From NCBI GenBank assembly GCA_964016885.1, contig OZ024757.1, positions 35,588,001 through 35,652,000 of the forward strand: a stretch of DNA of 64,000 nt, read 5' to 3'. Shown one piece after another: positions 14,754-27,429 of the stretch. The stretch is from Eledone cirrhosa (taxonomy: Eukaryota). Under the pieces are notes generated by a model. It was not told the DNA's origin and ran no database searches. It was given only the letters and a program-made list of their open reading frames with translations. Made by a program: the position numbers and the translations under genes. Numbering within the stretch: the first letter of the stretch is position 1; each line of letters opens with the position of its first letter.

Positions 14754-15380
14754 TTATTTATGTTCTGAATTCAAATCTTGCCGAGATCAATTTCGCCTTT
14801 GAGCATTCTGAGGTCGATAAAATAAAGTACCAATCAAGTACTGGGATGGATTTAATCGAAGTCTCCCTTCCTACAAATTGCAGGCCTTGTGCCTTAATTA
14901 GAACACAATTATTGTGTTATATAAACATTTAAAAATAATTTCATGTTTTATCAGACTTTTCTTCGTCTATTACAAAACGTCCAAGCTCTAATCCCCATGT
15001 TTCTCCAGGACCTAATGTATTGAACTCCTTGTGTTTTATAATGTTAAAACATGTTTTAAATTGTTAAAATACATGTTTTATAATGTTAAAACACATGTTT
15101 TATAATGTTAAAACATGTTTTATAATGTTAAAACATGTTTTATAATGTTAAAATACATGTTTTATAATGTTAAAACATGTTTTATAATGTTAAAATACAT
15201 GTTTTATAATGTTAAAACACATGTTTTATAATGTTATAACATGTTTTATAATGTTATAACATGTTTTATAATGCTATAACATGTTTTATAATGTTATAAC
15301 ATGTTTTATAATGTTATAACATGTTTTATAATGTTAAAGTAATCCTATGTAAGCCTTTATGGCTAATAATGCTTTCTTTG
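14754..15380. repeat. Right arm of the ~640 bp inverted duplication
   Basis: Partial SINE + unique sequence + (TTTTATAATGTTAAAACATG)n, reverse complement of 12027-12672. Confidence 0.9.
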
Positions 15381-16023
15381 AATGAAACAGTTCTAGCTCC
15401 GGACAAGTAATTTCTATGTGAAATAAACCTTATATCTTCTCTAAGGTATTGAGTACTTTGTTTCATTGTGGTTCCCTTCCGGTCTTCTTCGGTAAACAAT
15501 TCTTAATCACATACACGTATATGCAGGCACACACAAACATAATGTCATACACATATACACAAACATACTCTCACACATACACACACACAATATACACACA
15601 CTCTCTCTCACACACTCACACATACACTCAACATACTCTCTCTCACACACACATGCACACAGAAAAAAAACACGCACACATACACACACATAATGTCATA
15701 CACATATACAAACATACTCTGTCACACACACACAACATACTATCTCTCACTCACACACAGATACAAACACAAACAAATAAACACACTGACACATGCTCTC
15801 TCACACACACACGGACCCCCCTCCCCTCCCCTCACACACAGTATAAGTGTTTCAACAGACACTATTATCAAATAGTTACACCATCTGTAAGGCGAGTCCC
15901 AATGCTGGGACCTGACCCACCCACCTCAACCCCACTGTAATCCTCTTCACTGCATCGTGTGTGTGTGTCTGTGTGTGTGTGTAAATTTTAAAGAGTTACA
16001 GAAGGATAGATATATACAATCAA

Positions 16024-16056
<33 letters not shown>

Positions 16057-16064
<8 letters not shown>

Positions 16065-16592
16065 TGCCCCCTCGTTATCGAGTATGGCTATTACACGATA
16101 TACCATTATTAATAATTATTAATTAATTCTATCGTGAAATGCCTGTGCGTGAAGATACTTTTTGAAGTGAGGAAAGACTGTGCACTGAGCCAATCCCACT
16201 CTCTGAGCGACAGTAGCTATAACCCGAAAAGAAGAAAAGAACAACATCATCCGTAACTACTGAGCCACAGGTTTTATATCAGAGTTATCCCAGTTTCCTG
16301 AGTTGCCTTCTCCTAGAAGAATGCCTTGACAAAGGCTAGGGGTCCTTCACTCCCAGTGGTTTAACTACGCGGTACATGTGTATATACATATTTACACACT
16401 TTTGGATGGCCGTTGACTCTTATGAGTTCTTCCACCCTTTGTCAGGTTTTGTTTTTTGTCCTGCAGGGTGTCCAAAATCACCCTCCTCACCAAGTAAACT
16501 TGGTGGGTTGCCGGTTTAGTCGCCGACGACCCGACCATGCGGCAGGTTGTACTGGGTTACATGTTACCAGTAGCACTCAAGTGACCCGACAT
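16057..16592 (-). mobile_element. Non-autonomous, internally deleted RTE-derived element, copy 1
   Basis: Near-identical to 17349-17925 and related to 22501-23055, which retains an RTE-type C-terminal zinc finger; 3' end CTCGATAACGAGGGGGCAGCCATCAT followed by microsatellite. Confidence 0.6.
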
Positions 16593-16643
16593 AGACACAT
16601 ATAGACATACATACATACATATATATACATACATATACATTAT

Positions 16644-17255
16644 ATGAAAGAGTACTGGTGGAATGTTCCAGTAAAAACCCCAATAAAATGCAGGCATAAC
16701 AGACCAGATATTATGATATGGGACAGGGAGAAGAAAACATGCACAGTAGTGGAAATTAGCTGCCCAGCAGATGCCAATATAATATCAAAGATTAGCGAAA
16801 AGGAGAATATTTATGCAGAACTGATGAGAAATCTGCAGATACTCCACCTTTATTACACCTTCAGATTTATGCCTGTGATTATTGGGGCACTGGGATATGT
16901 TAGTAACTGCCTCAATACAGATCTTGAGAAGCTGGGCTTCAAAGAAACAGAAAGAACACAACTAGTTAGGAAACTACAAGTACAATCCATTAATAGAACA
17001 GTAAAAATATGTAAAACATTCCAAAAATGTTGCATCTGATAACTGCATATACACATGTACAGATACCAAGCATGCACACATACAACTCAAAACATACACA
17101 TCCACACATACAATAACATCCATATCTACACATGCATGCATACATATCTACCTAGTTGATGTTGTGTAAATTCCAATGAGAGAGTCTTGTGTCTATGTTA
17201 GAAACCGACTCTCTCTCTATTGGCAAACATTTGTGATATCATAAAACCACAAGAA
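16644..17255 (+). mobile_element. 5'-truncated R4/Dong-clade non-LTR retrotransposon (RLE endonuclease end + 3' UTR)
   Basis: ORF 16644-17039: HNRPDIMIWD...VVEISCPAD.N...SEKENIYAEL...PVIIGALGYV...LEKLG...LQ; 3' end runs into (CATA)n. Confidence 0.85.
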
Positions 17256-17278
17256 CATACATACACACACACACATAC

Positions 17279-17348
<70 letters not shown>

Positions 17349-17356
<8 letters not shown>

Positions 17357-17925
17357 TGCCCCCTCGTTATCGAGTATGGTCATTGCACAATATAACATTA
17401 TTGGTAATTATAAATTAATGCTATCGTGCAATGCCTGTGCGTGAAGATTTTTTTTAAAGTGAGGAAAGACTGTGCACTGAGCCAATCCCACTCTCTGAGC
17501 GACAGTAGCTATAACCCGAAAAGAAGAAAATATCAACATCATCGGTAACTACTGAGCCGCAGGTTTTATAACGGAGTTACGCAGTTTCCTGAGTGGCCTT
17601 CTCCTAGAAGAATGTCGTGACAAAGGCTAAGGGGCCTTCACTCTCAGTGGTTTAACCGCGTGATCGAATATCCAGACCGATTATTTCTATGCCCCACTCA
17701 TATATATACATATATATATATACATGTATATACATATATACATACATATGCACACGTTTTCGGATGGCCGTTGACTCTTATGAGTTCTTCCGCCCTTCGT
17801 CAGGTTTTGTTTTTTTGTCCTGTGGGGTGTAAACTTGGTTGCCGGTTTAGTCACCGACGACCCGACCAGCCGACAGGTTATACTGGGTTACATGTTACCA
17901 GTAGCACTCAAGAGTGACCCGACAT
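17349..17925 (-). mobile_element. Non-autonomous RTE-derived element, copy 2
   Basis: Direct repeat of 16057-16592. Confidence 0.6.
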
Positions 17926-18363
17926 AATATATAAACATACATAAACACATAGACACACACACACACACACATATATTACATGTTACCAGTAGGACTCAAG
18001 AGTGACCCGACATACATACATACATACACACATAAATACATACATACATACATACACACAAATACATACATACATACACACATACATACATACATACATA
18101 CATACGTACATACGTACATACGTACATACATACATACATACATACATACGTACATACGTACATACATACGTACATACGTACATACGTACATACATACATA
18201 CATACATACGTACGTACGTACGTACATACATACATACGTACGTACATACGTACATACGTACATACATACATACATACATACATACACACATACGCACATA
18301 CATACATACATACATACATACATACATACATACATACATACATACATACATACATACATACAT

Positions 18364-18860
18364 CTAAAATCTACAGGCACAGTCGCCCTGGCAGAGAGCC
18401 AGCCAAAAGGACCTGTTCAAGATGCGAGCAGGACATCGAAACCGTTCTGCACGAAACTCATCCCCTTCTCTAAGTACCACTTCAGAAGAAAGGTGAGAGT
18501 GGAGAGAGAGAGGTGCTACACCCCAGTAAATTCGCTGAACGATGGGTGAATGTAGCGAAAATGGCCCGGGTGAATGGGCCTTCTCTGTGTATAAACCTGT
18601 AGGTTGAGGAAGATATACAGAGGGAAGACGGGAACACCTACAAAAACGTGTTCCTGGTGTTGAGGGTTGTTCTATCCACGGGGTGTAAAACAACCCCGCA
18701 GTAGCGTTACCCCCCCCCCCCCTCTCATAATGGGATTTTTATATAGTTTATTGTTATTTATCATTGTTAAAGATTTTATGTAAAACCCCCGCCGTCACGT
18801 CTTGTAATGCCCCATTTTTGTACGCCCCTGTGGCAAATAAAGAAAGATATCTATCTATCT
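18364..18860 (+). mobile_element. Decayed L1/Tx1-clade LINE 3' fragment
   Basis: Frame-broken peptides TCSRCEQDIETVLH (zinc knuckle), KYHFRRKVRVERE, SKFAERWVNVAKM; 3' end CCCTGTGGCAAATAAAGAAA followed by (TATC)n. Confidence 0.65.
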
Positions 18861-19392
18861 ATCGTTCTATCTATGACACGGTCGTAACTATGCATAATCA
18901 ATAAAGACCTTCATGTGAAACCTCGCTTTGCTTTCAGTATATATATATAATATATATAGTATATATATAATATATATAGTATATATATATAATATATATA
19001 GTATATATAATATATATAGTATATATATATAATATATATAGTATATATATATAATATATATAGTATATATATATAATATATATAGTATATATATATAATA
19101 TATATAGTATATATATAATATATATAGTATATATATAATATATATAGTATATATATAATATATATAGTATATATATAATATATATAGTATATATATAATA
19201 TATATAGTATATATATATAATATATATAGTATATATATATAATATATATAGTATATATATATAATATATATAGTATATATATATAATATATATAGTATAT
19301 ATATATAATATATATAGTATATATATATAATATATATAGTATATATATATAATATATATAGTATATATATAATATATATAGTATATATATAG

Positions 19393-19423
<31 letters not shown>

Positions 19424-19512
19424 CGGATGGTAGCTAAGATGCTTCCATAGGCGGTATGCCGGTTGAGCACTCTGTGCTCTTACAGAGCAGAGTATGATGT
19501 AATATTATATAC

Positions 19513-19573
<61 letters not shown>

Positions 19574-19926
19574 TATTATTTTCATTATTATTAATTGTAA
19601 TTGATACTCTTTATTCTATTACTGGTTTAGTCAATCATCTCAAAGTCTCGTATTAACTCTATTTTGTCGAACCGCTAAGTTACAGTACATCAAAACAACC
19701 ACAACACAAACCTAAACACACACAGACAGACACACACACACACACACAGACACACACACACACACACAGACATAGACACAGACACACACACAGACACACA
19801 CACAGACACACACAGACACACAGACATAGACACAGACACACACACGCAGACACACACGCAGACACACACACACACACACACACAGACACACACACACAGA
19901 CACACACACAGAGACACACACACAGA

Positions 19927-19985
<59 letters not shown>

Positions 19986-19989
19986 TTTG

Positions 19990-20720
19990 GCTCTTTACGT
20001 TCTGAGTTCAAATCCCTCCTGAGTTTGCTTTTCATCCTTACGGGGTCGATAAAGTAAAGTAATCCCTATCCCCCCCCCCCCAAATGGCAGACCTTGTCTC
20101 TAAATCAGAAACCTTTATCGGTTGGGCGTCGGTCAATATGCTTTGCTGCATAGAGTTACATCCCTTTGTGTTCTGAGTTCAAATTCCGCTGAGGTTAATT
20201 TTGCCTTTCATCCTAACGGAGTCGATAAAATAAAGTACCAGCAACGCACTGGGGTCGATTTAATCGACTTTCCCTTCCCCGAAAATTGCTGGCCTTGAGC
20301 TTATAGTATAAACAATTATTATTGTTATTGTTGTTGTTGTTGTTACCAGATAATAGATGCTGGTTCTGTTTTTGTTATTGACGTTGTGGCTATTGCAACA
20401 TCGTTCAGAGTATCTCATCCCAGGGGCATTTGTTGCACGAAAAGTAAACAAAGTTTATTCGGGGGTTTGTGTAAGGAGTCCCCAAAGGATCCTTTTACGG
20501 GATGAAAAGGAAAAACTACAACAATAAAATAGAAAATAAAACTCCACTTCTCTTGTTCTGCTGCTCGGAGCAGACGTTTGAGGTTCTGTGATTTTGAAGA
20601 GAAGGCAGAGAGGTGACAGAGTCGTTGGAATGTCTGATAGAATGCCTTGCCGTATTTGTTTCGACTCTCTGCTCTCTGAGTTCAAATCCCACCGAGGTCA
20701 AATTTGCCTTTCATCCATTC
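19990..20720 (+). mobile_element. Cluster of three partial SINE copies
   Basis: CTGAGTTCAAAT(C/T)C and TTTCATCC motifs near 20003, 20173 and 20677. Confidence 0.75.
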
Positions 20721-20736
20721 GATTCTTCCTCTATAT

Positions 20737-20930
20737 CAGGCATATCAAACTGAGGGTTCCTCGAGGGCCACATGGGTCACAGATGTGTTGTCTGAGGGCC
20801 ACACATGACAACTAATATTTTGTTTTATTTTATATTACTCTCGCGCTGTAAGAACCTTTGAGCGGACCGCAGGTGTGTTTGTAAAGGGCCGCAGGTGTGT
20901 TTGTAAAGGGCCGCATGTGTGGCACGTCTG
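20737..20930. mobile_element. hAT MITE
   Basis: Ends CAGGCATATCAAAC / GTGTGGCACGTCTG, internal GGGCCGCA repeats, TSD CTCTATAT / CTCAATAT (7/8). Confidence 0.65.
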
Positions 20931-21023
20931 CTCAATATCCCTTCCTCACGCTCACACCAACGAAATTAATTCTGAGACAATTTTCCATTTAAAATATTCT
21001 TTTATCATTTTTATAATTTAATA

Positions 21024-21077
<54 letters not shown>

Positions 21078-21082
21078 CTCTC

Positions 21083-21340
21083 TATATCAGCCTGTAGATT
21101 GAGGAAAAGGAGGAGGAGAGGAAAGGAGTACAAGCTCTTCGTACACCTGGAGATGAGGGTTGCACATTTTTTTCGGGGGTATGTGTTACCCATATAAACT
21201 GTCTCCCTCTATTGGGGAAAATCGACTAACTTTTAAATTCCATCTGTGATAACATTTTACACGTTTTTATTGTATGTAAACTTCCCCCTTTGTATTTGTC
21301 CCCTTCTTTTGTGCCCCTGTGGCTAATAAAGAAATATATC
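21083..21340 (+). mobile_element. L1/Tx1-like 3' UTR remnant inside (TATC)n
   Basis: Similar to 18590-18845 (CCTGTAG.TTGAGGAA...CCTGG.G.TGAGGGTTG...CCCCTGTGGCTAATAAAGAAA); (TATC)n on both sides. Confidence 0.55.
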
Positions 21341-21378
21341 TATCTATCTATCTATCTATCTCTCACCTCTCTCTCTCC

Positions 21379-21409
<31 letters not shown>

Positions 21410-21902
21410 TCACTCCCCCCCGTCTCCCCCCCCCTGTCTCTCTCCCCCGTCTCTCTCCCCCCTCTCTCCCCGTCTCTCTCCCCGTCCTCCCTCTCTCTCT
21501 CTGGAAGTAATCTGCTGTATTCAGACCTGGAGAAGATTGGGCTCTACCAAGTTTTAAAAAATGCTATAGAAACGCCGTATGTCACTACCCCCCCCCCCCC
21601 CACACACACACACACACAAATAAAACGACTCTCTTGGTAGTTACGGGACCATGCAAGTTGCTCCTAGCAGATGTTTGAGATACTGTAAAGGGCGGTGAAT
21701 CGACAGACTTGTTAGAACATATGATAGAACAATTTACGGTATTCAACTCGACTGTTTGTTTTCCGTGAGTTCAAATCCTGTCGAGGTTAAATTTCTTTTG
21801 CTTTACATCCAATAAATAAAATAGTAGTCCAGTGCTGGGGTTGATTCTCCCTCTCACTCTCTCCCTCTCACTCTCTCACTCCCTCTCACCCTCTCCCTCC
21901 CG

Positions 21903-21936
<34 letters not shown>

Positions 21937-22052
21937 TTCGTTCACTTTTCTCTCTCTCGCTCTCGCTCGCTCCGCTCTCTCCCTCTCTCTCTCTCGCTCG
22001 CTCCCCTCTCTCCCTCTCTCCCTCTAAAAGAAGAAGAAGAAGAAAAAAAAAA

Positions 22053-22488
22053 TCTGTAGATACTCCACCCTGATTACAGCTTCAGATTTACACCTGTGAT
22101 TATTGGGGCACTGGGGTATGTTAGTAACTGCCTCAATACAGATCTTGAGAAGCTAGGCTTCGCGGAAACAGAAAGAACACAACTAGTTAGGAAACTACAA
22201 GTACAATCCATTAATGGAACAGTAAAAATATGTAAAACATTCCAAAAATGTTGCATCTAATAACTGCATATACACATGTACAGATGCAAAGCATATGCAC
22301 ATGCACCCATACAATTCAAAACATGCACATCCACACATACAATGACATCCATATCTACACATGCATGCATGCATACATATCTACCTAGTTGATGTTGTGT
22401 AAATTCCAATGAGAGACTCTTGTGTCTATGTTAGAAACCGACTCTCTCTCTATTGGCAAAACTTTGTGAAATTATAAAACCAGAAGAA
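22053..22488 (+). mobile_element. Second, shorter R4/Dong 3' fragment
   Basis: Highly similar to 16832-17255; ends GAAGAACATACATACATA. Confidence 0.85.
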
Positions 22489-22500
22489 CATACATACATA

Positions 22501-23055
22501 CATGGTGGCTGCCAACTCGTTTTCGAGTACGGCCACTACTTTATATCCATGTAGGAGAACCCCTACCGATGCGCTGAACGAGTGTGACTTTTTAGTCCAG
22601 CCAGCGACTTAAAAACTCTGGTACAAACACTACACTTGTGACAATTATTGACACATAGTGCTGGGCCCTTGGTACCATGTGACGACAAGTGCAGAGAGAT
22701 CTCCAGATATAAAGCAATGCCTGTGCCGTGAAGCTTTTATAGTGAGCAAAGGCACTGCACAAAGCCAGTCCCACTCTCTTAACCAAGATGATATTTACCA
22801 AAAAGAACAAGTCAACATCATTGGATACCATCAGGGTTGCAGGTGTTATATCAAAGTTTCCTTCTCCTATAATTCTGCCTTGACAAAGGCTAAGGGGTCA
22901 TCTCTCCCGGTGATTTTGGATGGCCATTGACTCTTAAGAGCTCCTTTGCCCTTTGACAGGTTTTGTTTTTAGTCCTGCAGGATGTCCAGTCACCCTCCTC
23001 ACCAAGAAACCTTGGTGGGGTTGCCAGTTTAGTCGCCAACGACCCGATCATGGGA
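22501..23055 (-). mobile_element. Non-autonomous RTE-derived element with C-terminal C2H2 finger remnant
   Basis: Minus strand 22650-22563 encodes NNCHKCSVCTRVFKSLAGLKSHTRSAHR*; the 5' part resembles the 16.1/17.4 kb elements; (ATGT)n tail. Confidence 0.7.
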
Positions 23056-24427
23056 CATACATGCATACATACATACATACATACATACATACCATGCATA
23101 CACACATACATGCACATACATACGCACACGCATACACACATACATATATACATACTTACATACCATGCATACACACATACACGCACATACATACGCACAT
23201 ACATATGCACACGCATACACACATACATATACATATATATACATTCATATATACATACATAAAAACATTTAGCAATAGTTGATGTACACTCTGCCAACAG
23301 AGCTTCGTATTGGTCGTGTGGAATGCTAGAAATAGAGCCCAAATATCCTTCAAATCTTGTGGATGGTTCGACGAAACGAGATCGATAAAATAAGTATCAG
23401 GTTCGAAAAATAAGTACTAGGATCGACAAAAATACAAAAAAAAACCTTTAAGGTACCTGCATGTGCGCAGTCTATTGACTGATATGGTAAAAAGAAGAAG
23501 AAAAAAAGTAAAACCTCACTAGGGTTCGGCGACAAAATAATATTTAGGGTCCACAACTATAAAACATCCCTGATGTGAATGAAATTATAATTTAAAGATA
23601 AGAAAGGAACCCCCCCCCCCATCACCTCCCATTTACCATTTTCTACGACGTTGACCCCCACCCCTATCTCCCGCACCAACCTCACCACCACATTAACCAG
23701 TAATAGTCGAAGTTGACTTGACCCAAGCGGTGTAATAAGGGCATCACTGCTAAATAAAGGGACAGTAGCCAGCTTGTTAGTTGTTACTAAGCTAAGGTAG
23801 CCCTTGAGATCTCTGTTGGCTACATAACACCGTATAATATCAAGGGGTTATTCCGTGTAACTGCCTTTAATAGCCACGGCTACCCATAACAACGAGACGA
23901 CCTTTCTCTTAGCCAAGCATAAAAACCTCAACGCCTCACACACACTCTCTCTTCCTCCCCTCTCTCTCTCTCACTCTCCCCCCCCCCCCCCCCACCCCTC
24001 TCTTGCCCCACCCCATCTCTCTCACTCTCTTCCCCCACCCCCCTCTCTCTCTCTGTCCCCCTCTCCCTCTGTCCCCCCTCTCCCCCCCCCTCTCTCTATG
24101 TCCCTCTCTTTCTCTCTTACCTCTTTCCGTACTAATTGTTTCAACCAATACTCTCAGGTCTCTCTTTGGTCCCCTACTCTCTCCCTCTCTCTGTCACCCC
24201 CTCTCTCTGCCCCACCCTCTCTCCCTCTCTCTGTCACCCCCTCTCTCTGCCCCCACCCTCTCTCCCTCTCTCTACGACACTCTATAGATGGCCTCGCAGA
24301 TAAATATCAAGATCCATACAGATTAAATTATCAAAAAGCAAACAGAAATTCTCGTCAGTTTTGCTTAACTGCACCTAACCTGACCCCTAGGAACGTCTCC
24401 CCTCCCCTCACCTCACCTCATCTTTCT

Positions 24428-24473
<46 letters not shown>

Positions 24474-24866
24474 ATTTCATCCAGGAAGAATCACTGAATC
24501 ACTTTAGCCATTCAAAAACACACAAAAGTCTTATCCTTTATTTTATTTATTTATGTCTCCCTTTCTTCGTCCTTCTCGTTCTCTCTCCCTCCCTCTCCCT
24601 CTTTCTATCTCTTGCTTTCCCCCCTCTCTCTTTCACTTAGTCTAACCTTCTCTGCCTTTATCTTGCTCTTGCTTTCACCCACCCCCTCCTCCTCTCCCCC
24701 TCTCTCTCATTCTCACCATCTTTAACCCCAGTTTAACTCTAATCCAGTAGATATAAACTGGTTAGTTTGTATTTAAAACAAAGTAAAAGTCAGGTATCTA
24801 ATTATCTATTTAAGTTCAGGTATCTAATTATCTATTTAAGTATAAGACACAAACAGATATTAATTA

Positions 24867-25031
24867 CCGTATTTCCCGGCGTCGAAGACGCTACTTTTTT
24901 CCTAAAATACCTCAAAAATCAACCATGCGCCCTGGATGCCGAAGGTTGCTTATTATTTTTTTCAAATTTTTGGTTGTCAAAAGTAGGGTACGTCCTCGAG
25001 GACGAAGCGTCTTCGGCGCCGGGAAATACGG
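24867..25031. mobile_element. Tc1/mariner-superfamily (Tc2-like) MITE, 165 bp
   Basis: TIR CCGTATTTCCCGGCGTCGAAGACGC / GCGTCTTCGGCGCCGGGAAATACGG with TA on both sides. Confidence 0.9.
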
Positions 25032-25046
25032 TAATAACAATTTCTT

Positions 25047-25882
25047 TGCGGTGGATTGGCAATATCGGTAGAGGGTCGGACGCCATGCTTTGGCGCATAG
25101 AGTTACCGCCCTTTCCATTCTGAGTTCAAATCCCGCCGAGGTTAACTTTGCCTTTCATCCTTACGAGGTCGATAAACTAAAGTACCAGTAATGCACTGGG
25201 ATAATTGCTGGCCTTGTGCCAAAAGTAGAAACAATTATTAATAAAAAGAGTAGTGTACTCATGCGCGGAAATGTTATAAAATAGGGGGAAGACTCTAAAT
25301 AATGGGAGAAGAAGTTACCATCACTTGCTATATATCTCGAACATTCTCCAGTCGTATCCGATGACTTTGTCTCAGTATTATTATTATTTTTAGGCGGTGG
25401 ATTGGGAGTATCGGTAGAGCGTCGAACAACATGCTTTGTAGCATAGAGTTACGGCCCTTTACTGTTTAAGTTCAAATCCCGCCGAGGTTAACTTTGCCTT
25501 CCATCCTTACGAGGTCGATAAAATAAAGTACCAGTCACGCACTGGGGTCGATTTAATCGACTTTCCCCTCCCCAAAAATTGCTGGCCTTGTACCTATATA
25601 AGAAACCATTATTATTAGGCGGTGGATTGGCAGTATCGGTAAAGGGTCGGACGCCATGCTTTGCAGCATAGTTACGTCCCTTAACGATCTGAGTTCAAAT
25701 CCCGCTGAGGTTGACTTTGCCTTTCATCCTTACGGGGTCGATAAAATAAAGTACCAGTAATGCACTGGGTAATTGCTGGCCTTGTGCCAAAAAGTAGAAA
25801 CAATTATTAGGGCAGTGGATTGGCAGTATCGGTAAAGGGTCAGACGCCATGCTTTGCAGCATAGGATTCAAATCCCGCCAAG
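25047..25882 (+). mobile_element. Four SINE copies, the last three head-to-tail
   Basis: Heads G(C/G)C(G/A)GTGGATTGG at about 25047, 25393, 25617 and 25810. Confidence 0.9.
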
Positions 25883-25909
25883 GGATATATATATATGTGT
25901 CTGTGTGTG

Positions 25910-25967
<58 letters not shown>

Positions 25968-25972
<5 letters not shown>

Positions 25973-26330
25973 TCTATTTAAATTGTTGGGATACAACAAG
26001 CAAATATTTTTATAACTGTTATAAAGCACTCAACAAATTATTGGAGTAAAAATACGATATATTAACAAATGGAAACTATATTTATAAAACCATATTTATG
26101 TCAATATTTATTTATAAAACTGATCTATATTATATTTTATCTGATGAAAGCGCACCATAATTTACTTTGGTGTCCTTGAAATATGTATAATGAAATAAAT
26201 ATGGTTTTATAAATATAGTTTCCATTTGTTAATATATCGTATATTTACTCCAATAATTTGTTGAGTGCTTTATATCAGTTATAAAAATATTTGCTTGTTG
26301 TATCCCAACAATTTAAATAGAACTTCTACA
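25968..26330. mobile_element. Family A hammerhead element with ~130 bp inverted arms (Penelope-like pseudo-LTR configuration)
   Basis: 25968-26098 is the reverse complement of 26196-26330; core similar to 5910-6145; (TA)n on both sides. Confidence 0.75.
26133..26197 (+). ncRNA. Minimal type I hammerhead ribozyme, family A copy 2
   Basis: TATTTTAT-CTGATGA-AAG(C)GCACCA..TGGTGT(C)CTT-GAAA-TATGTA-TA-ATGAAATA; differences from copy 1 keep stems paired (G-U). Confidence 0.8.
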
Positions 26331-26334
26331 TTTA

Positions 26335-26394
<60 letters not shown>

Positions 26395-26433
26395 GCATGT
26401 CTCTCGAACATGACACCCTTAATTTAATTTTGG

Positions 26434-26468
<35 letters not shown>

Positions 26469-26642
26469 TTATATATATATATATATATATTATATATTTA
26501 TATATTATATATATATATATTATATATTTATATATTATATATATTATATATATATATATATATATATTATATTTATATATTATATATATATATATATATT
26601 ATATTATATATATATAATATATATTATATTATATATATATAA

Positions 26643-26682
<40 letters not shown>

Positions 26683-26802
26683 ATTAAGATAAATCAAATG
26701 AATTTAATCTAAATCAAAATTATGGGTGTCATGCCAGGAAGACATGCACCATATCACCCGCAAAATACGCTCTAAGATTCTAACGAGTAGGTCCGAGCAT
26801 TT

Positions 26803-26933
26803 TATAATAACTAGAAATTGATTAGCATATAAATAAACATGAGTAATCACAGGAGATAATTTTTCTATTTTAAAAATTATCTCCTGTGATTATTCATGTT
26901 TATTTATATGTTAATCAATTTCTAGTTATTATA
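26803..26933. repeat. Foldback: ~62 bp inverted arms, ~7 nt spacer
   Basis: TATAATAACTAGAAATTG...GGAGATAATTTTT / AAAAATTATCTCC...CAATTTCTAGTTATTATA, two mismatches. Confidence 0.95.
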
Positions 26934-26940
26934 TATATAT

Positions 26941-26986
<46 letters not shown>

Positions 26987-27011
26987 TTCGGTATTGACAA
27001 CTCTTTTCTGT

Positions 27012-27067
27012 CGGCCGTCAATTACATACGGATATATATATATATATCCGTATGTAATTGACGGCCG
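27012..27067. repeat. 56 bp palindrome centred on (AT)n
   Basis: CGGCCGTCAATTACATACGG(AT)nCCGTATGTAATTGACGGCCG. Confidence 0.95.
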
Positions 27068-27109
<42 letters not shown>

Positions 27110-27330
27110 AGTTTATGTTGGTTGTATACCAACACCTCAGTATGCAGGCTGGAGCACTCGACGAAGTGCGCAGGTTGGTTTGGTTACTCCGGAGTAGTGT
27201 AAAATAAAGTTAAATATGACTCCAGTTCCCCAGTGAATTAACAACCCAACAAGGAACTGGGCATATCAGAGTATTGACAATATTATACACCTAAACAACA
27301 TATGTACTTGTCTATACCATACTAATTCAA

Positions 27331-27385
27331 ACTGCCTGAAGAGGTCACAGCCAAAGATGGCTGTCACTGAAATATATATAGCAGT
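27331..27385 (+). ncRNA. Minimal type I hammerhead ribozyme, family C copy 1 (element about 27110-27437)
   Basis: ACTGC-CTGAAGA-GGT(C)ACAGCCA AAGA TGGCTGT(C)ACT-GAAA-TATATA-TA-GCAGT, followed by AATAAA. Confidence 0.85.
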
Positions 27386-27429
27386 AATAAACGAAGCTAA
27401 ATTTTAATCATTTGACTTTTATTTAACTT

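Noticed and set aside
16500-16592. Possible HDV-like ribozyme at the 5' end of the RTE-derived elements (hairpin followed by CTAA)
   Set aside because: Could not build P1/P3/P1.1 pairings by eye; needs a consensus and descriptor search
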